In this document: positions 1 through 11,645 of the stretch, in pieces
How positions within the stretch are numbered: position 1 is the first letter of the stretch
How the letters are laid out: each line of letters begins with the position of its first letter
Source of the DNA: Balanoglossus misakiensis
Taxonomy: Eukaryota > Animalia > Hemichordata
Direction: 5' to 3'
DNA length: 64,000 bases
Assembly: GCA_040954595.2 (NCBI GenBank)
Contig: CM082595.2
Location: 9,475,918 to 9,539,917, forward strand
Position numbers and translations under genes: made by a program
Notes under the pieces: model-generated
Database searches by the model: none
Seen by the model: the letters and a program-made list of their open reading frames with translations, nothing else
What the model was told of the DNA's origin: nothing

Positions 1-1490
1 TCTCAGTGGTGCTGTGTGTTCAGCTAATCTGGGTATGAATGAACCCATGTAGTTCACCATTCCGAGGAATGTGCGCAGTTCGGTCTTGTCTCTAGGCGGA
101 TGCATCATCTCTATCGCCTTGACCTTTTCTGGGTTGGGTTTAACTCCGTCTTCTGTGTATAACATGCCAAAGAAACTACATTCTTTTGTCTTGATGTAGC
201 ATTTCTCTTTGTTCAGTTTAATGCCTGCTTTCCTGGTTCGTTCCATGGCTTCGTGTAGATGCAGGTCATGGTGTCGCTCTCCTGATCCTAAGACTTGTAT
301 ATCGTCTGCAATGCCGACTGCACCTTCACACTCTCTGTATGTTTCATCAATTTTGAATTGAAACACATCTTGGCTCATCCTTAGCCCAAATGGCATTCGT
401 AGGAATCTGTAACGGCCATATGGTGTGTTAAAGGTCGTCAGGAAGGATGATTCTTCATCGATCTTTACATTCCAGTATCCGTTCCGCGCGTCTAGCTTGC
501 TGAAAAGTGTTGCGCCTGCCAACTTTGGGGTAATCTCCTCCAATGTGGGTGTAGGGTAATGATCCCTTTTAATGGCTTTGTTCAAGTCCTTCGGGTCCAG
601 ACAAATGCGAAGTCTTCCATTGTCTTTCTCCCGGACAACAAGAGAATTGACCCAGTTCGTAGGCTGGTTCACTTTGGCGATGATTTGCTTATCTTCCATC
701 TCCTGCAGCTCGGTTTTGAGTCTATCCATTAGTTCTAATGGAACTCTGCGGGCAGGGTGTACTACTGGTTGTACTTCTGGATCAAGAGTGATGTGGTATG
801 TGTAGTTTTCAAAACATCCGACCACGTCGTCAAAGCAATCAGGGTACATCCTCAGCAACTGTTCTTTGTTCTTTATGGGAGGGCGGTCCCTGATGGGTGT
901 ATTACTGTCTATGTAGTCATCTGCAGGGTTTCTGTTTCTTCCTGCTGGCTTCTGTTCGTTCATCTTTCTCTTTTCCACTTCCACATTTCTTCCAGGCTGT
1001 GCTGTCTTGCACTCTGGGCTCGCCTGCACTTGTATGGCTTCTACTGAACAGTTTATTTGTATCAGGTTTAAGGCTCTGCTTGCCTTTAACCCTAAAATGG
1101 CTGGGCCTGCGGCGTCAGTTACATAGAAGAGGCATCTGATTTTCCTCTCTCTATGTTCACATGGAATGACGATGGTGCCAAGCTGTTTGATTTTGGAACC
1201 TCCATATGCGGTAAGGATTGTTTTATTTTCCTTCAAGTGCCCGCGTTTTGGATTTCCGTGTTTATCCAGTTTCTCTGGAAATATGATCTTGAAAAGACAG
1301 AGGGGCAGTATATTGCCCTGTGCACCGGTATCAATCTTGCATCTCAGTGCTACTTTCCTTTTCTTTTCGCTCTGTGTGATTGTCAGTTTCGTGTATATTT
1401 CTTCTTGTCTGTTGATGTTGTCCAATGCATTTATTTCGATAGTTCCAACATCTAGGACTTCATCATTTTCTGATGCATGTTGCTGCTCGA
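1..1490 (-). CDS. pol: retropepsin protease + reverse transcriptase (partial, open to window edge)
   Basis: Manual minus-strand translation shows no stop from ~1490 to 1: ...CKIDTGAQGNILPL...WVNSLVVREKDNGRLRICLDPKDLNKAI...FSKLDARNGYW...YRFLRMPFGL...GIADDIQV...LRTFLGMVNYM. Absent from the ORF track, probably because it has no stop in the window. Confidence 0.93.
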
Positions 1491-2311
1491 GCGTGTCACA
1501 TTATGGATTGGTTTTCCACCTCGTCTCTGCTGTGACTTCGGTTCGCTTGAGCTGGTTTTGGAACGGCATACCGCCTGCCAGTGATTAGGTTTCCCACAAT
1601 TTCGGCATTTCGAGCCATATGCTGGGCAGTTACTTTTCACTGAGGTGTCATGCTTTTTTCCGAAATGCTTACATTGTTTGGGGTGTGTCTTGTTGGGCTG
1701 CCTTTTTACTGCGTTGACAGCTTTGCTATCCACAGGATTAGCAATATGGCAATTTGTGAGCGTTTTCATGTGTTTTGTTGTGGCTTCGTGACCTCTAGCT
1801 ATATCGAGCGCCTCCTTCAAGGTCAGTTTCTCATCACGCCCAATAAGTTTCTTCTGTATTTCTTGGTGACAGATCCCCCATATCAACTGATCTACGAGTC
1901 TTGCTTCCTGTTCTTTTGTATCCCCAAATTTGCATTTGGCGGCTTCATTTTTCAATTTCGAAAAGAAATCATCAACTGGTTCTCCAGGGTCTTGTCTCAT
2001 ATCTTGGAATTGGTATCTATGTATGCGATGATTCGACTTCGGCTCTAAGTGTTCGGAAAATTTGTCGAATAGTACTGTGGGGACTTTCCGCTGGTCTTCA
2101 TTTTCAAACGACCAACTGTTGTATTTGTCAAGACCTGGTTCACCGGACCATAGAATATGTAGCTAGCTTTCTCTTCATCGTTAGCATCTTTAAGTGCTGT
2201 CTTAAATGTTAACTCACATTTTTGACGAAAACGACTGAAGGCTAGTGCTAGATCTGGCGCGTCCCATTCCATCTTTGGGGCTGTGAAGGGCGTTTGTAGT
2301 GCGGCCGCCAT
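1491..2311 (-). pseudogene. gag with zinc knuckles, frameshifted
   Basis: ORF 2311-2045 (MAAALQTPFTAPKMEWD...) shifts frame near 2155 (YI|LWSGEPGL) into ORF 2000-1452, which holds CRNCGKPNHWQAVC and a degenerate first knuckle CKHFGKKH...C. A second frame change near 1490 leads into pol. Confidence 0.85.
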
Positions 2312-2407
2312 CTTGTCAGGTCAGTTCGATGATCTTTTCTTCTGTAGTTTTGGTGTCTTGTGTAGTCGATACTGTGTAAAGTCTGCTTACATCTGATCAC
2401 TCACGTT

Positions 2408-2421
2408 CACCGCTGCCACCA
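2408..2421 (-). other. primer-binding site complementary to tRNA-Leu 3' end
   Basis: Minus strand TGGTGGCAGCGGTG directly after the LTR end; complementary to the eukaryotic tRNA-Leu(AAG)-type 3' end ...CACCGCTGCCACCA. Confidence 0.85.
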
Positions 2422-2625
2422 TGTTATGTTTCCATCAACATGGGAATAATAATGCGATCATAAGGTATAACAACAACCTATTTATTGATCGGCTGAAAAG
2501 ACTCAACAATGTGCTTCGCCTTATCTGGGCGGAAGTGACGTCGTACAGCAATTCATAAACAAGTGGAACACCAACAATGCAACACTAGAGGGCGCTATAT
2601 TGATCGTAGCTGTCAGAATACTACA
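2422..2625 (-). repeat. 5' LTR (~204 bp)
   Basis: Bounded by TGT..ACA, adjacent to the PBS, contains minus-strand AATAAA (tttatt near 2481). Confidence 0.75.
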
Positions 2626-5432
2626 CCCCCCCCCCCCCGCATGTTTAAAGGTTTCTATAGAAAAGCATTGTTGAGGTTCACAAAACTTTGAAGAAGCTTT
2701 GCAACACTAACTTTGGCCAAAGATTTGAATGTTAAGGTTTCACAAACGTAGTTACAGCTGAGGTTCAACTAAGACTAGTATAAGAGGCTTCAGCACGCCA
2801 AGTCTTGTAGCAAGCTTCAACACAAAGCTTTTTGCAACATTGTTCAAAGCGTTGTCAAAGGTACTGCACAACCCTGGTGAAGTAGTGCTATATTTTCAAT
2901 TAAATGGCTTAAGCCATTTGTCTCTCCAACCAGAATTGCACCAGAGTTAAATACACACAGCTTGAAATTGTAAAATGTTGCAAAATCAAACGATCACATC
3001 CTTACACCTATTATTAGAACCAGAAGTTGAGTCAAAATTTTCCTACCTAGAAATTTTCTTTCCTATGAAGTTTTTTGCTTATTGGCATTCATATGGGAGC
3101 CTAGACCTATTCCAGCTGAGTTGCCAAAATGGCAATGTTGGACAATTCTTCTAATATGCATGATCAAAAATGGCCGCCAAATACCTTCTCTAAAATAAAA
3201 CTTGGCCCTTTTTTCTCAAAATTATGTGTAATATCTAAAATTTCAGGATTTGCATCCATATTGGTTATGTATTGCAAATATGGCAGTGTTTGGCAACTTT
3301 TCTATTTTGCATAATCAAAAATGGCCGCCAATCACCACTAAAAGTGAAATTTTGCCATGTTTCCCAAAATGATGCGCAATATCGTATTTTCAGGATTAGC
3401 ACATTCATATGGGTACCTTAAACAATACAACTGTGTTGCAAATTTGGCAGTGTTACCGTACTAATCATGAAGCAAGGAAGTGCAACCTCTGTATCCCAAA
3501 TATATGTCTATCCCCACTGATAGGAGTCACAAAGAGCCAGCCCCTCTGCATCATCCTGTTCCTCAATCTCACGATGGGAATCCTTTTCAGAATTCCGACC
3601 TCAAAACATCCAGGGATTCACCATCATTCACCACACCCTCGTCAGTATCCACCATGTTTAGATCCAATGCCTGAACATGTTGTCTCTTTATCTATGGATT
3701 GCGTTAAAGGCCAGTGGGAGTTTCATCTCCTTTTTTTGCAATTTTGACCATTTTTATCTGGTGCATAATACTAGAGTACACATCATCCATACAGGATGAT
3801 GCATGTACAGTGATGGGAAATGTATCAATCCACTCCTGCACTAGATTTGCATACAGTGCCATACCTTTTAGGGCTATTTTCTTGACCCTTTTGATAGTCT
3901 GCTGGCCAAAAGTGGCTGGCCAAAGTGGCCAGCAGAGACATTCTTCCAATACCCTTCATAGTGCCAACAGACAAGGCTTGGATATACAACCTGTGTTGCT
4001 TGTAAGGCACACATCTCCAATTGGTACATTGGGCCAATTATACTGTACATGTACAGCTAGGAAAAAAATATACTTCATCATAGTTTCCATGGTCAGCAGC
4101 TTCAATAACTTGTTGCCTTGTCTTACTGAACATTTAGACTTATAAAGAAGTATAACAAGAATAAAGTTGTCCAATTAGTGTTGGCAGGGGGGTGGGGGAT
4201 GTGTTCTCCCATACAAAGGTGTATAGGTATGTAGTCTTTAAGAAAAACTTGGGGTAAATGACCAGAAAATTTGACTTATAATACAAATAGGTCGGGTTTT
4301 GGGCATTTACACGTGTTGATGTTATCGACTGGGGCGACAGACTACCATCCGAAAAAATTTCAAGTACCCCCCCCCCCCCCCTCGGGTGCCGGCCAGTGGG
4401 ATGGAGGTGATAGAAACTGTTGCAGATACAATAGAGGCCTACAACCTGAAAACCTTCTGGCTTTAACCGAGGACTTGCCATTAAAGATACCTGTAGGCCC
4501 CTATATGCTGCTCCCACATACACTCCCAGTCCTAAACCTTGCATCTGATTTGTGGTGCAGATGAAGAATTAAGATTGGCTTGACAATTAGCACACTTAAT
4601 TGCCTGTTATGAGATATAATACATACAATCATGGGACAAGAATGGCAAACGTTAAATTATCCAGCAGGTGTTTGAATTATGCAAATTAGAGCAGTTGTCT
4701 AATATTGCCATGTCAACCATGTTGAAATTGTTTTAGGTACCCATATTAATGGAAACCCTGCAAATTCGATATTACATACCATTTAAAACAAATATGGGAA
4801 ATTAACATGTTAGAGAAATTTGGCGGCCATTTTGGATTATGCAAATTAGAACAGTTGTCTAATATTGCCATGTCAACCATGTTGAAATTGTTTTAGGTAC
4901 CCAGGAGAGTTGAATGAAAATGCCATTTGCAATGCAGTTGTCTTGTATTGGGTGCCCATATTAAGGCATTCTTGAAAACGAAACATTATTCATCATTTTG
5001 ACGCAAACAGAAAAGGTGTTCAAATGCAAATTAGAAGAGTTGCCCAACCCTGCCATATTTGCAATACAGTTGTAGTGACTGTCAACTCGACTACAGACAG
5101 TCTCGATGAACACAAGACATGATCCCAATTTGCAAGCTGAGTTGAAACTGACTGCTGCAGTAACTTAGCTGTGGGAATGTCTTGTGTGATTTAAAACAAT
5201 GATGACCAAATTTAACACAGTTTCTCTGAGGTAACCATTTAGCTTTCGTGACTAAGTTTGTTTAAGAATCCTTTATTCTACCCAAGGAACAAATTTCCTT
5301 AGAATTTCACAACTGAGACACAGTTTACAGATATACAAAAAGTGCGTACTACAAACATAAGAAATTGTTTGCATTTTTTTTTTCTGATGGCAATGCATTT
5401 GACTGTTAACAGACATTGACGTCCTTTAGTAA

Positions 5433-6259
5433 GGGACTGTTCAGTTTTGGTGGAGGGGGGGGGGCAAAAGTTTGTGTCATTGGTTTTCAAAATCAGGCCG
5501 ACACCCCCTTCAACCAGGACCAAAAAAATGATGACCCCCCCCCCCCCCTTTGACAGGACCAAAATATGATGACCCTCCTCCCACCCCGAAAACATTTGCC
5601 ATCCTTATCTTATGTACACTGACTGTATGCAATAAAGGTAAAGGGTCTCCTCACACCTCAATTCTAAATTTCTTAAAGCAATTTATAATTTGAAGTGTAT
5701 AATAGTATAGCGTTGCAATAAAGAAGGTCTATGGATAAATTAAAAGGACACGTCAATACAATAGTTGGTAGAATTGGTAAAACAAGAAAAGTGGAAGGGG
5801 TGGGTGTACGTAGGACAATTTTGTAAAATACAATTAATGCATTTTAATGAACTCAAAGGCAAATTAACTTAATGTTGGGGAGGACAAATTTGACTTTTGC
5901 CACTCAAAGTTAACATCAGTGGGGGTGGGATGCCAAGTATTCTGCCCTGGTACACTATATGTGGCGAAGAAATAAGGGGATGGGTGTGGGAGGGGATGTC
6001 CCCCTTCCACATAAGAAAACTTTGTAAAATATGTAGCTCAAAGTTGCATTTTAATGAAGTCAAAAGCAAATTATCTCAATGTTTGAAAGGACCAATTTTA
6101 CTGTTGCTACTCCACTCAAAGTTAGCATCGGTGGGTACATGTATATGACCTCCCCCCTAAACGTTTGAAAAAAAGATGACTCCCTCTTTTGGATTTCAAA
6201 ATTTAAGTGACCCCCTGGATTTTGCCAGCCTCCCCCCACCGTAAAAACTGAATGGTCCC
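5433..6259. mobile_element. PIF/Harbinger-like MITE
   Basis: TIRs GGGACTGTTCAGTTTT / AAAACTGAATGGTCCC (14/16 match), TAA on both sides; absent at the homologous site in the right arm (~29630). Confidence 0.75.
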
Positions 6260-7384
6260 TAAGCGCTATTTTGTCAGTGAAATGGCTCCAATGTTATCCC
6301 TCCAACTATAGTTGAAACGGAGTTAAATATGTACAGCTTGAAATCATAAAATGTTGCAAAATTGAACCAAGAGTTTGGTCAATGATCAAGTTCTTACAGC
6401 TATTACTAGAACCATACAGTCTCACCGAACAAGAGACATTGGTCCGATTTGCAAGCCGAGTTGGAACTGACTTTGCCTGCACACAGATGTGCCAATTTCA
6501 GCGAATCTTATCGTATTTAAAAATGAATATGGAGAATTGTTATCTGTGTTCCTATTGCTAGCCTACATACATGTAGCTGTTGTCATTCTAGTGTTTTTTT
6601 CTGTATACCAAAATTGCCACACTGTTTGGGATACTTTTATCAAATGTTATGTGATACTATATCAGCCTGTTTTGGGGATCTTGACAATGACATATATTAG
6701 ACTTTTCATACACAGCATGAGGTAGAATTTCAGAAACGATTAGGTAATAAGTCTGCACATCTCATAGGAAATAATCACTTTAGAAGTATTACGATAAAAA
6801 AAATCATTTCACTCTTATTGGGAGCATACATTTGTAAAACATACATACAGACATGAATACAGACATAGAGAGATCAAGGTGTATACGATTTTCAGTGGGG
6901 GAGGGGGTCCTCCTTAATTGCAAACAACTATGTAATGGTAATTTCCCTTTTATAATAACAATTTTTGAGGTATAAGGAAAAAATATCAAACAAAATAAAC
7001 AAAAAAACTAATTCAGCTATGATTTGATTCAATTATCATTCTAAAGAAGCACATATCATTAACTCACAACTAAACTTTTAAAGTGATCAACCATGCACTT
7101 TCTGAGAATTTTTTTTATGCCCCCAAAATACAATTTTTTCATTTTCAGAACATTTATGATATATCACAGTAAAAAAATCCCCTGGAAACTGCAAAACAAA
7201 AAATTGCAAAGCAATCAAACAAAAATGGCAAAAATTGTCCACAAAAACTATATTGACAGTTCCATCATAGGATTTGTTAAAATGTCGTGATAACACACCT
7301 AGAAACCTGCAAACCAAATTTCAAAGAACTGTGAGTAGAGGTTTTTGAGTATTTGACCAAAATCACCCCAAAAATATACTTCAA

Positions 7385-9619
7385 ACCAGATATTAACTGA
7401 ATATGCTCACGTGCAGTACTGTGATTGGTTGACAGAATAACAAGATTAGAAAAACCATTGTTAAACCAATTTGGTTTATAGTGTTTATGGTGTAAGGGTT
7501 GTGTGTTGCACCATTGTGAAATGTAAACATGTTTGTGGAATTGTTGCCTTGTCAATTTTTGTAAGGGGTTATGAGTCATGTACCCCATCCTGAACTGCAT
7601 AAAAAGATAAGTCTATGGAATTCTAAAACTCGTTGATCAAAAATGGCAAGAAATATACCAAAAAGTATGAATATTTCACCAGATTTCAACAAATCTGATT
7701 TCTGTTCATGCCTAAGAACCTCTTTAACAAGTTTCAATAAGGAAGACATTTTGGCAAACAACAGGTAATTCAGACAAATCTGACTGATATCACATATATG
7801 AATTCCCATTCAAAGTTTCCAATCAATTGGACTTGTGGTTTTACTGAAGACTATTTGGCCAAACCCTGCAGAATTCCCAAAAAATACAATTATGCAAATT
7901 TCTTTACAATTTGATCATATCTGACTGAGATCACCCCTAGAAACCCAAATACAAAGTATCTAAACAATTGCACTTACAGTTTCACGGGATTTGATTTTTT
8001 GACAAAAACAGGAAATATTGCCCAAAAATGCATTTTTGCAAATTTCACCACCGTTTGCACAAATGTGATTCAGGTAAGCCCTATGAACCTCCATACCAAG
8101 TTTCCAATCAATTGGACATGTAATTTCAGAGAAGAATTTTTTTTAACAAAACTGCAGAAAATTCCCCCAAAAATTCATAAAAAATAGCAAACGCCAGATA
8201 CTGACTCCACCTGAACAAAATCATACGAGGTCTTCCCATAGTACTTGCACACCAATGCACGCCAATTTTTAACTGAATCTGATCCGCTGTTATTAAGTTT
8301 TTCAATTTTGACTACTTGAACATTTTTCCAGTTAATAACAGTATGCATTTTTTTGCAATAACAATTTCTATGTACACACTAAATATCAGTAGTTTCAAGT
8401 TTTTGATGTTGATGGACATACACATACATACATCAATACATTTAGACGAAACTGATCCATTCGCAAAATACATAATTCTGTATGAGGCACACATACAGAC
8501 ATACATAGACGACGGACACCAACTTATGCTATAAGCTGACATTGATATACATGTTAGCCAAAAACCAAAATCAACCTCAAAATAGACATTAAAATATATT
8601 GCACCACCATGAGAAGACAAATTCATATTGTCAAAGTACGTAGTCTCTGTGATAAGATTCCATACACACAAAATGGTAACCTTGGAAGTCCAGCTGACGT
8701 AGTTATGCAATGGCGTCTCGTGTATTCCGTCGCCAAAAAATCATCGTAAAATTGATAGTCGGGGTCACAATTCAAGACGACTTTCTCTAAATTCTTTATG
8801 AATGGATTAAATCGAAATCGAAATGTTGACGTATGACGTACGGAATGAGATCTGAACAGACATTCAATGTTATCATTCTCGCTCGATCACATATTGGGTA
8901 AGCCATCTAGCAATCGCTATATAGTATTGGCGATAACAGACTGTCTATAAACTCACAAAACGGATTTTACTGTTGAGTGTGATCAACCGCCACGTTATTT
9001 TTCTCTGAACAATAGACAAATAGAAAGCCTGGTGACATTTTGAGATTGACTGCGTGAGGACCACAATATGCGTGAATCATTTACGGTTTGTCTTGATGAA
9101 TGGGTCACGTCATAGTCATAACGCGGATTCGGCTGCACGCCAACTATCCGCCATATTGTCTCCACTAACTTACTCGTAAGTAGTTTCAAACTTCATTTGA
9201 AAAGAGTATTCGTCTGACGGTCCTGTAGATTAACAATTTACGCTCTATGAAGCAACTAAACAACGTTAGCTTCCTTGTGGATTCACGTAGGGAAGTTATT
9301 CGTAACGACGGGTACAGCGTCTGAGCATGGACAGAACCACGGCAATATCGCCAGGAATGTCTCATTTCACAGCGCCCTCAAACTGTCGATCTCCTCAAAC
9401 TATCGTTTCCACTGGTCATATATGCGGCATTAACGAAAGCTCACATAGACAATCATGTAATAGAAAAATTAAAACTTAAATAACTTCATTAATATCAAAG
9501 CCACACGCACCAAAACCTTTTCAGTTCTTGCCATATGATATCTGAACCTGTGTACTAAATTTGGTTGAAATCGGTTCAGCGGTTCTTTAGATATCGGGTA
9601 TACAGACAGACACACACAC

Positions 9620-9650
<31 letters not shown>

Positions 9651-9690
9651 TCGATAAACCATAAGCTCACGTGATTTTCACGTGAGCTAA
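7385..9690 (+). mobile_element. Helentron/HINE-like composite insertion
   Basis: Absent from the right arm (empty site ~28535-28540, in an A/T run). 5' sub-terminal GCTCACGTG matches the 3' hairpin AGCTCACGTG-atttt-CACGTGAGCT (9664-9688), which is preceded by a CA/CATA microsatellite; no TSD. Confidence 0.65.
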
Positions 9691-10449
9691 AAATGAAAAA
9701 AAATCCATGAGGTCTCAAAATGAATACACACCAATTTCTAAAGCAATTTGACCAGTTTCCACCAATTTCACATTGGTCCCAGTGGTAGATAGACATATAC
9801 GAAATGGGAACCAAAGAATAAAACACATTTCAAAGATTTAACACATCTTTTTCCTCAAGAGTGTTTTTCAAATCTTCTCCACATCCTTCAAAATCGCCAC
9901 CATAAAGCCATATTACTTGTAGTGCTTATGTTTGTCATATCTAGGTGATGCATACCACTATAGATGTGTACCCTTTGTATAGAGGCAGATTAAACAGGTG
10001 TGGTACCTGTTAAATATCTGACTTCTTTAAATTACAGCCACAATCGTCAGTCAACAAGATGTTCATGTAGATGTATACCTAGCAGTAAGCTTATTTAGAT
10101 TGACAAATCTTAGATGAAAATAATGAAAAAGTGGCACAACCCTTAGGGCTTTAACTAGCAGCTTTATGCCAGATGAGTTCGAGTCTAACGATGTAATGTT
10201 GACATTAAGGTTTCATTGAAATAACTTGGGAACCTCTCTACTATTTGAAGCACCAAAGCTGTGAAAAACTTCCTTCTTTCCCTGAGTTTTTTATGAATAT
10301 GTTCTAATCTGGGACAACAATTTGTTGCCAAGTGTCTTGACCCCTTTACCAAATGTCAGGGACCGGATTTTTTTCAGCAAAATTTCAAATAACCTTGGCT
10401 GATTTTTTACCTACTTTCACATATTGGGTAGCATGAAACAAAGTATGGC

Positions 10450-11645
10450 TTCCAGAAGGGTTATAGATACAGTGTTTTGTAATAACAAGAATTAACATGA
10501 AACTATAATTTCATGGTTAATTTAGGACCGCCTTAATCTATGGTAATGTCATTAAATATTTGCATATCTAATTGTAGGCTATCAAGTGGAGGGAGAAACC
10601 TAAACATGGACAACATTGGGGTCAAAATTGTTTGACAGAACTTTGGGTGACTTTGGGTAAACCTTGACCAACATTACTATATCTTGGCATCCAGAGCAGA
10701 TGCAACCTTGACACTTGGAGTGATGGAAATGCATAATGGAGTATTATGTCTCAGCTAGTCACAGTGCTTTTGCTGTGTTTTATGTCTTTTATTCAGCCAA
10801 ATTAGATGTTTTTTAGTACACATTGGCTTTGTTTGCCAGTACTTTTTAGCTGGTCACACTGCCTTAAGACAATGTATTCTCAAAATACCATGCAATCATT
10901 ATGAAGCATATACAGCAGACAAAGTTATGGTATGACTGAACTTGCCCTTCTTTGTGACTAAAGCATGACCGGCCTGTCTTAGGTGGCCCCTACCTAGGGG
11001 CTTTACCCGTCATTGGCTCACAGTCTGAGAAATCAGCTCTGCAGGGAAGTTAACGATGTAACCCACCATTAAAGCTTGGATTTCCGCTTTTTGTATCTGA
11101 TGCCTGGCTGAGGCCTTCTTAGGATCTACCCAACGCTGAGTAGGCTATCCCGTCATTGGCACACAGTCTCAGGGAGGGAGTCCAAAGTTCAGTATACCAG
11201 CAAAGCCTTTATATTGTCCATTCTTTTTAAGAGAAGGCTGGCTGCTGTAGAAAAATGTTGATCTCAAATGTATCATGTCCAAAAAAAGGCAGACTTCCAG
11301 CCCTATTGGTTAGGCTGGCATTAGGTATGTACATAATTAATGAGGCAAGACATAATATTCCATTACATAGTTCCATAACTCCAAGTGTCAAGGATGTATC
11401 TGTGCCGGATGCCAAGATATAGGAATGTAGGTCAAAGTTTACCCAAGATCACCCAAAAGTTTGTCAACAGATTTTGACCCCTGAGTTGTCCATGTCCAGG
11501 TTACCACATCCACTAGAATAAGATATGCACATATTTAATGAGGTTACCATAGCTCAAGGGGGTCTTTAATTAACCATCAACATTTAGTTTCATATTAATG
11601 CATGTTAATATAATACACTGTATCTATAACCCTACTGGTAAGCCT
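10450..11645. repeat. third-level inverted repeat (~300-bp arms) around a conserved ~570-bp core; mirrored at ~26580-27780
   Basis: 10450-10755 is the reverse complement of ~11335-11645; core 10755-11335 is nearly identical (inverted) to ~26880-27480. Confidence 0.8.

Larger units (their letters stand above)
1..2625 (-). mobile_element. Ty3/Gypsy (Mag-like) LTR retrotransposon, 5' part; continues beyond window start
   Basis: LTR (TGT...ACA), tRNA PBS, gag with CCHC knuckle, aspartic protease motif KIDTGAQGNILP and RT motifs (LRICLDPKDLN, FLRMPFG, GIADDI), all in order on the minus strand. Confidence 0.95.

Noticed and set aside
572-2212. Plus-strand ORFs over the retrotransposon
   Set aside because: Antisense shadows of gag-pol
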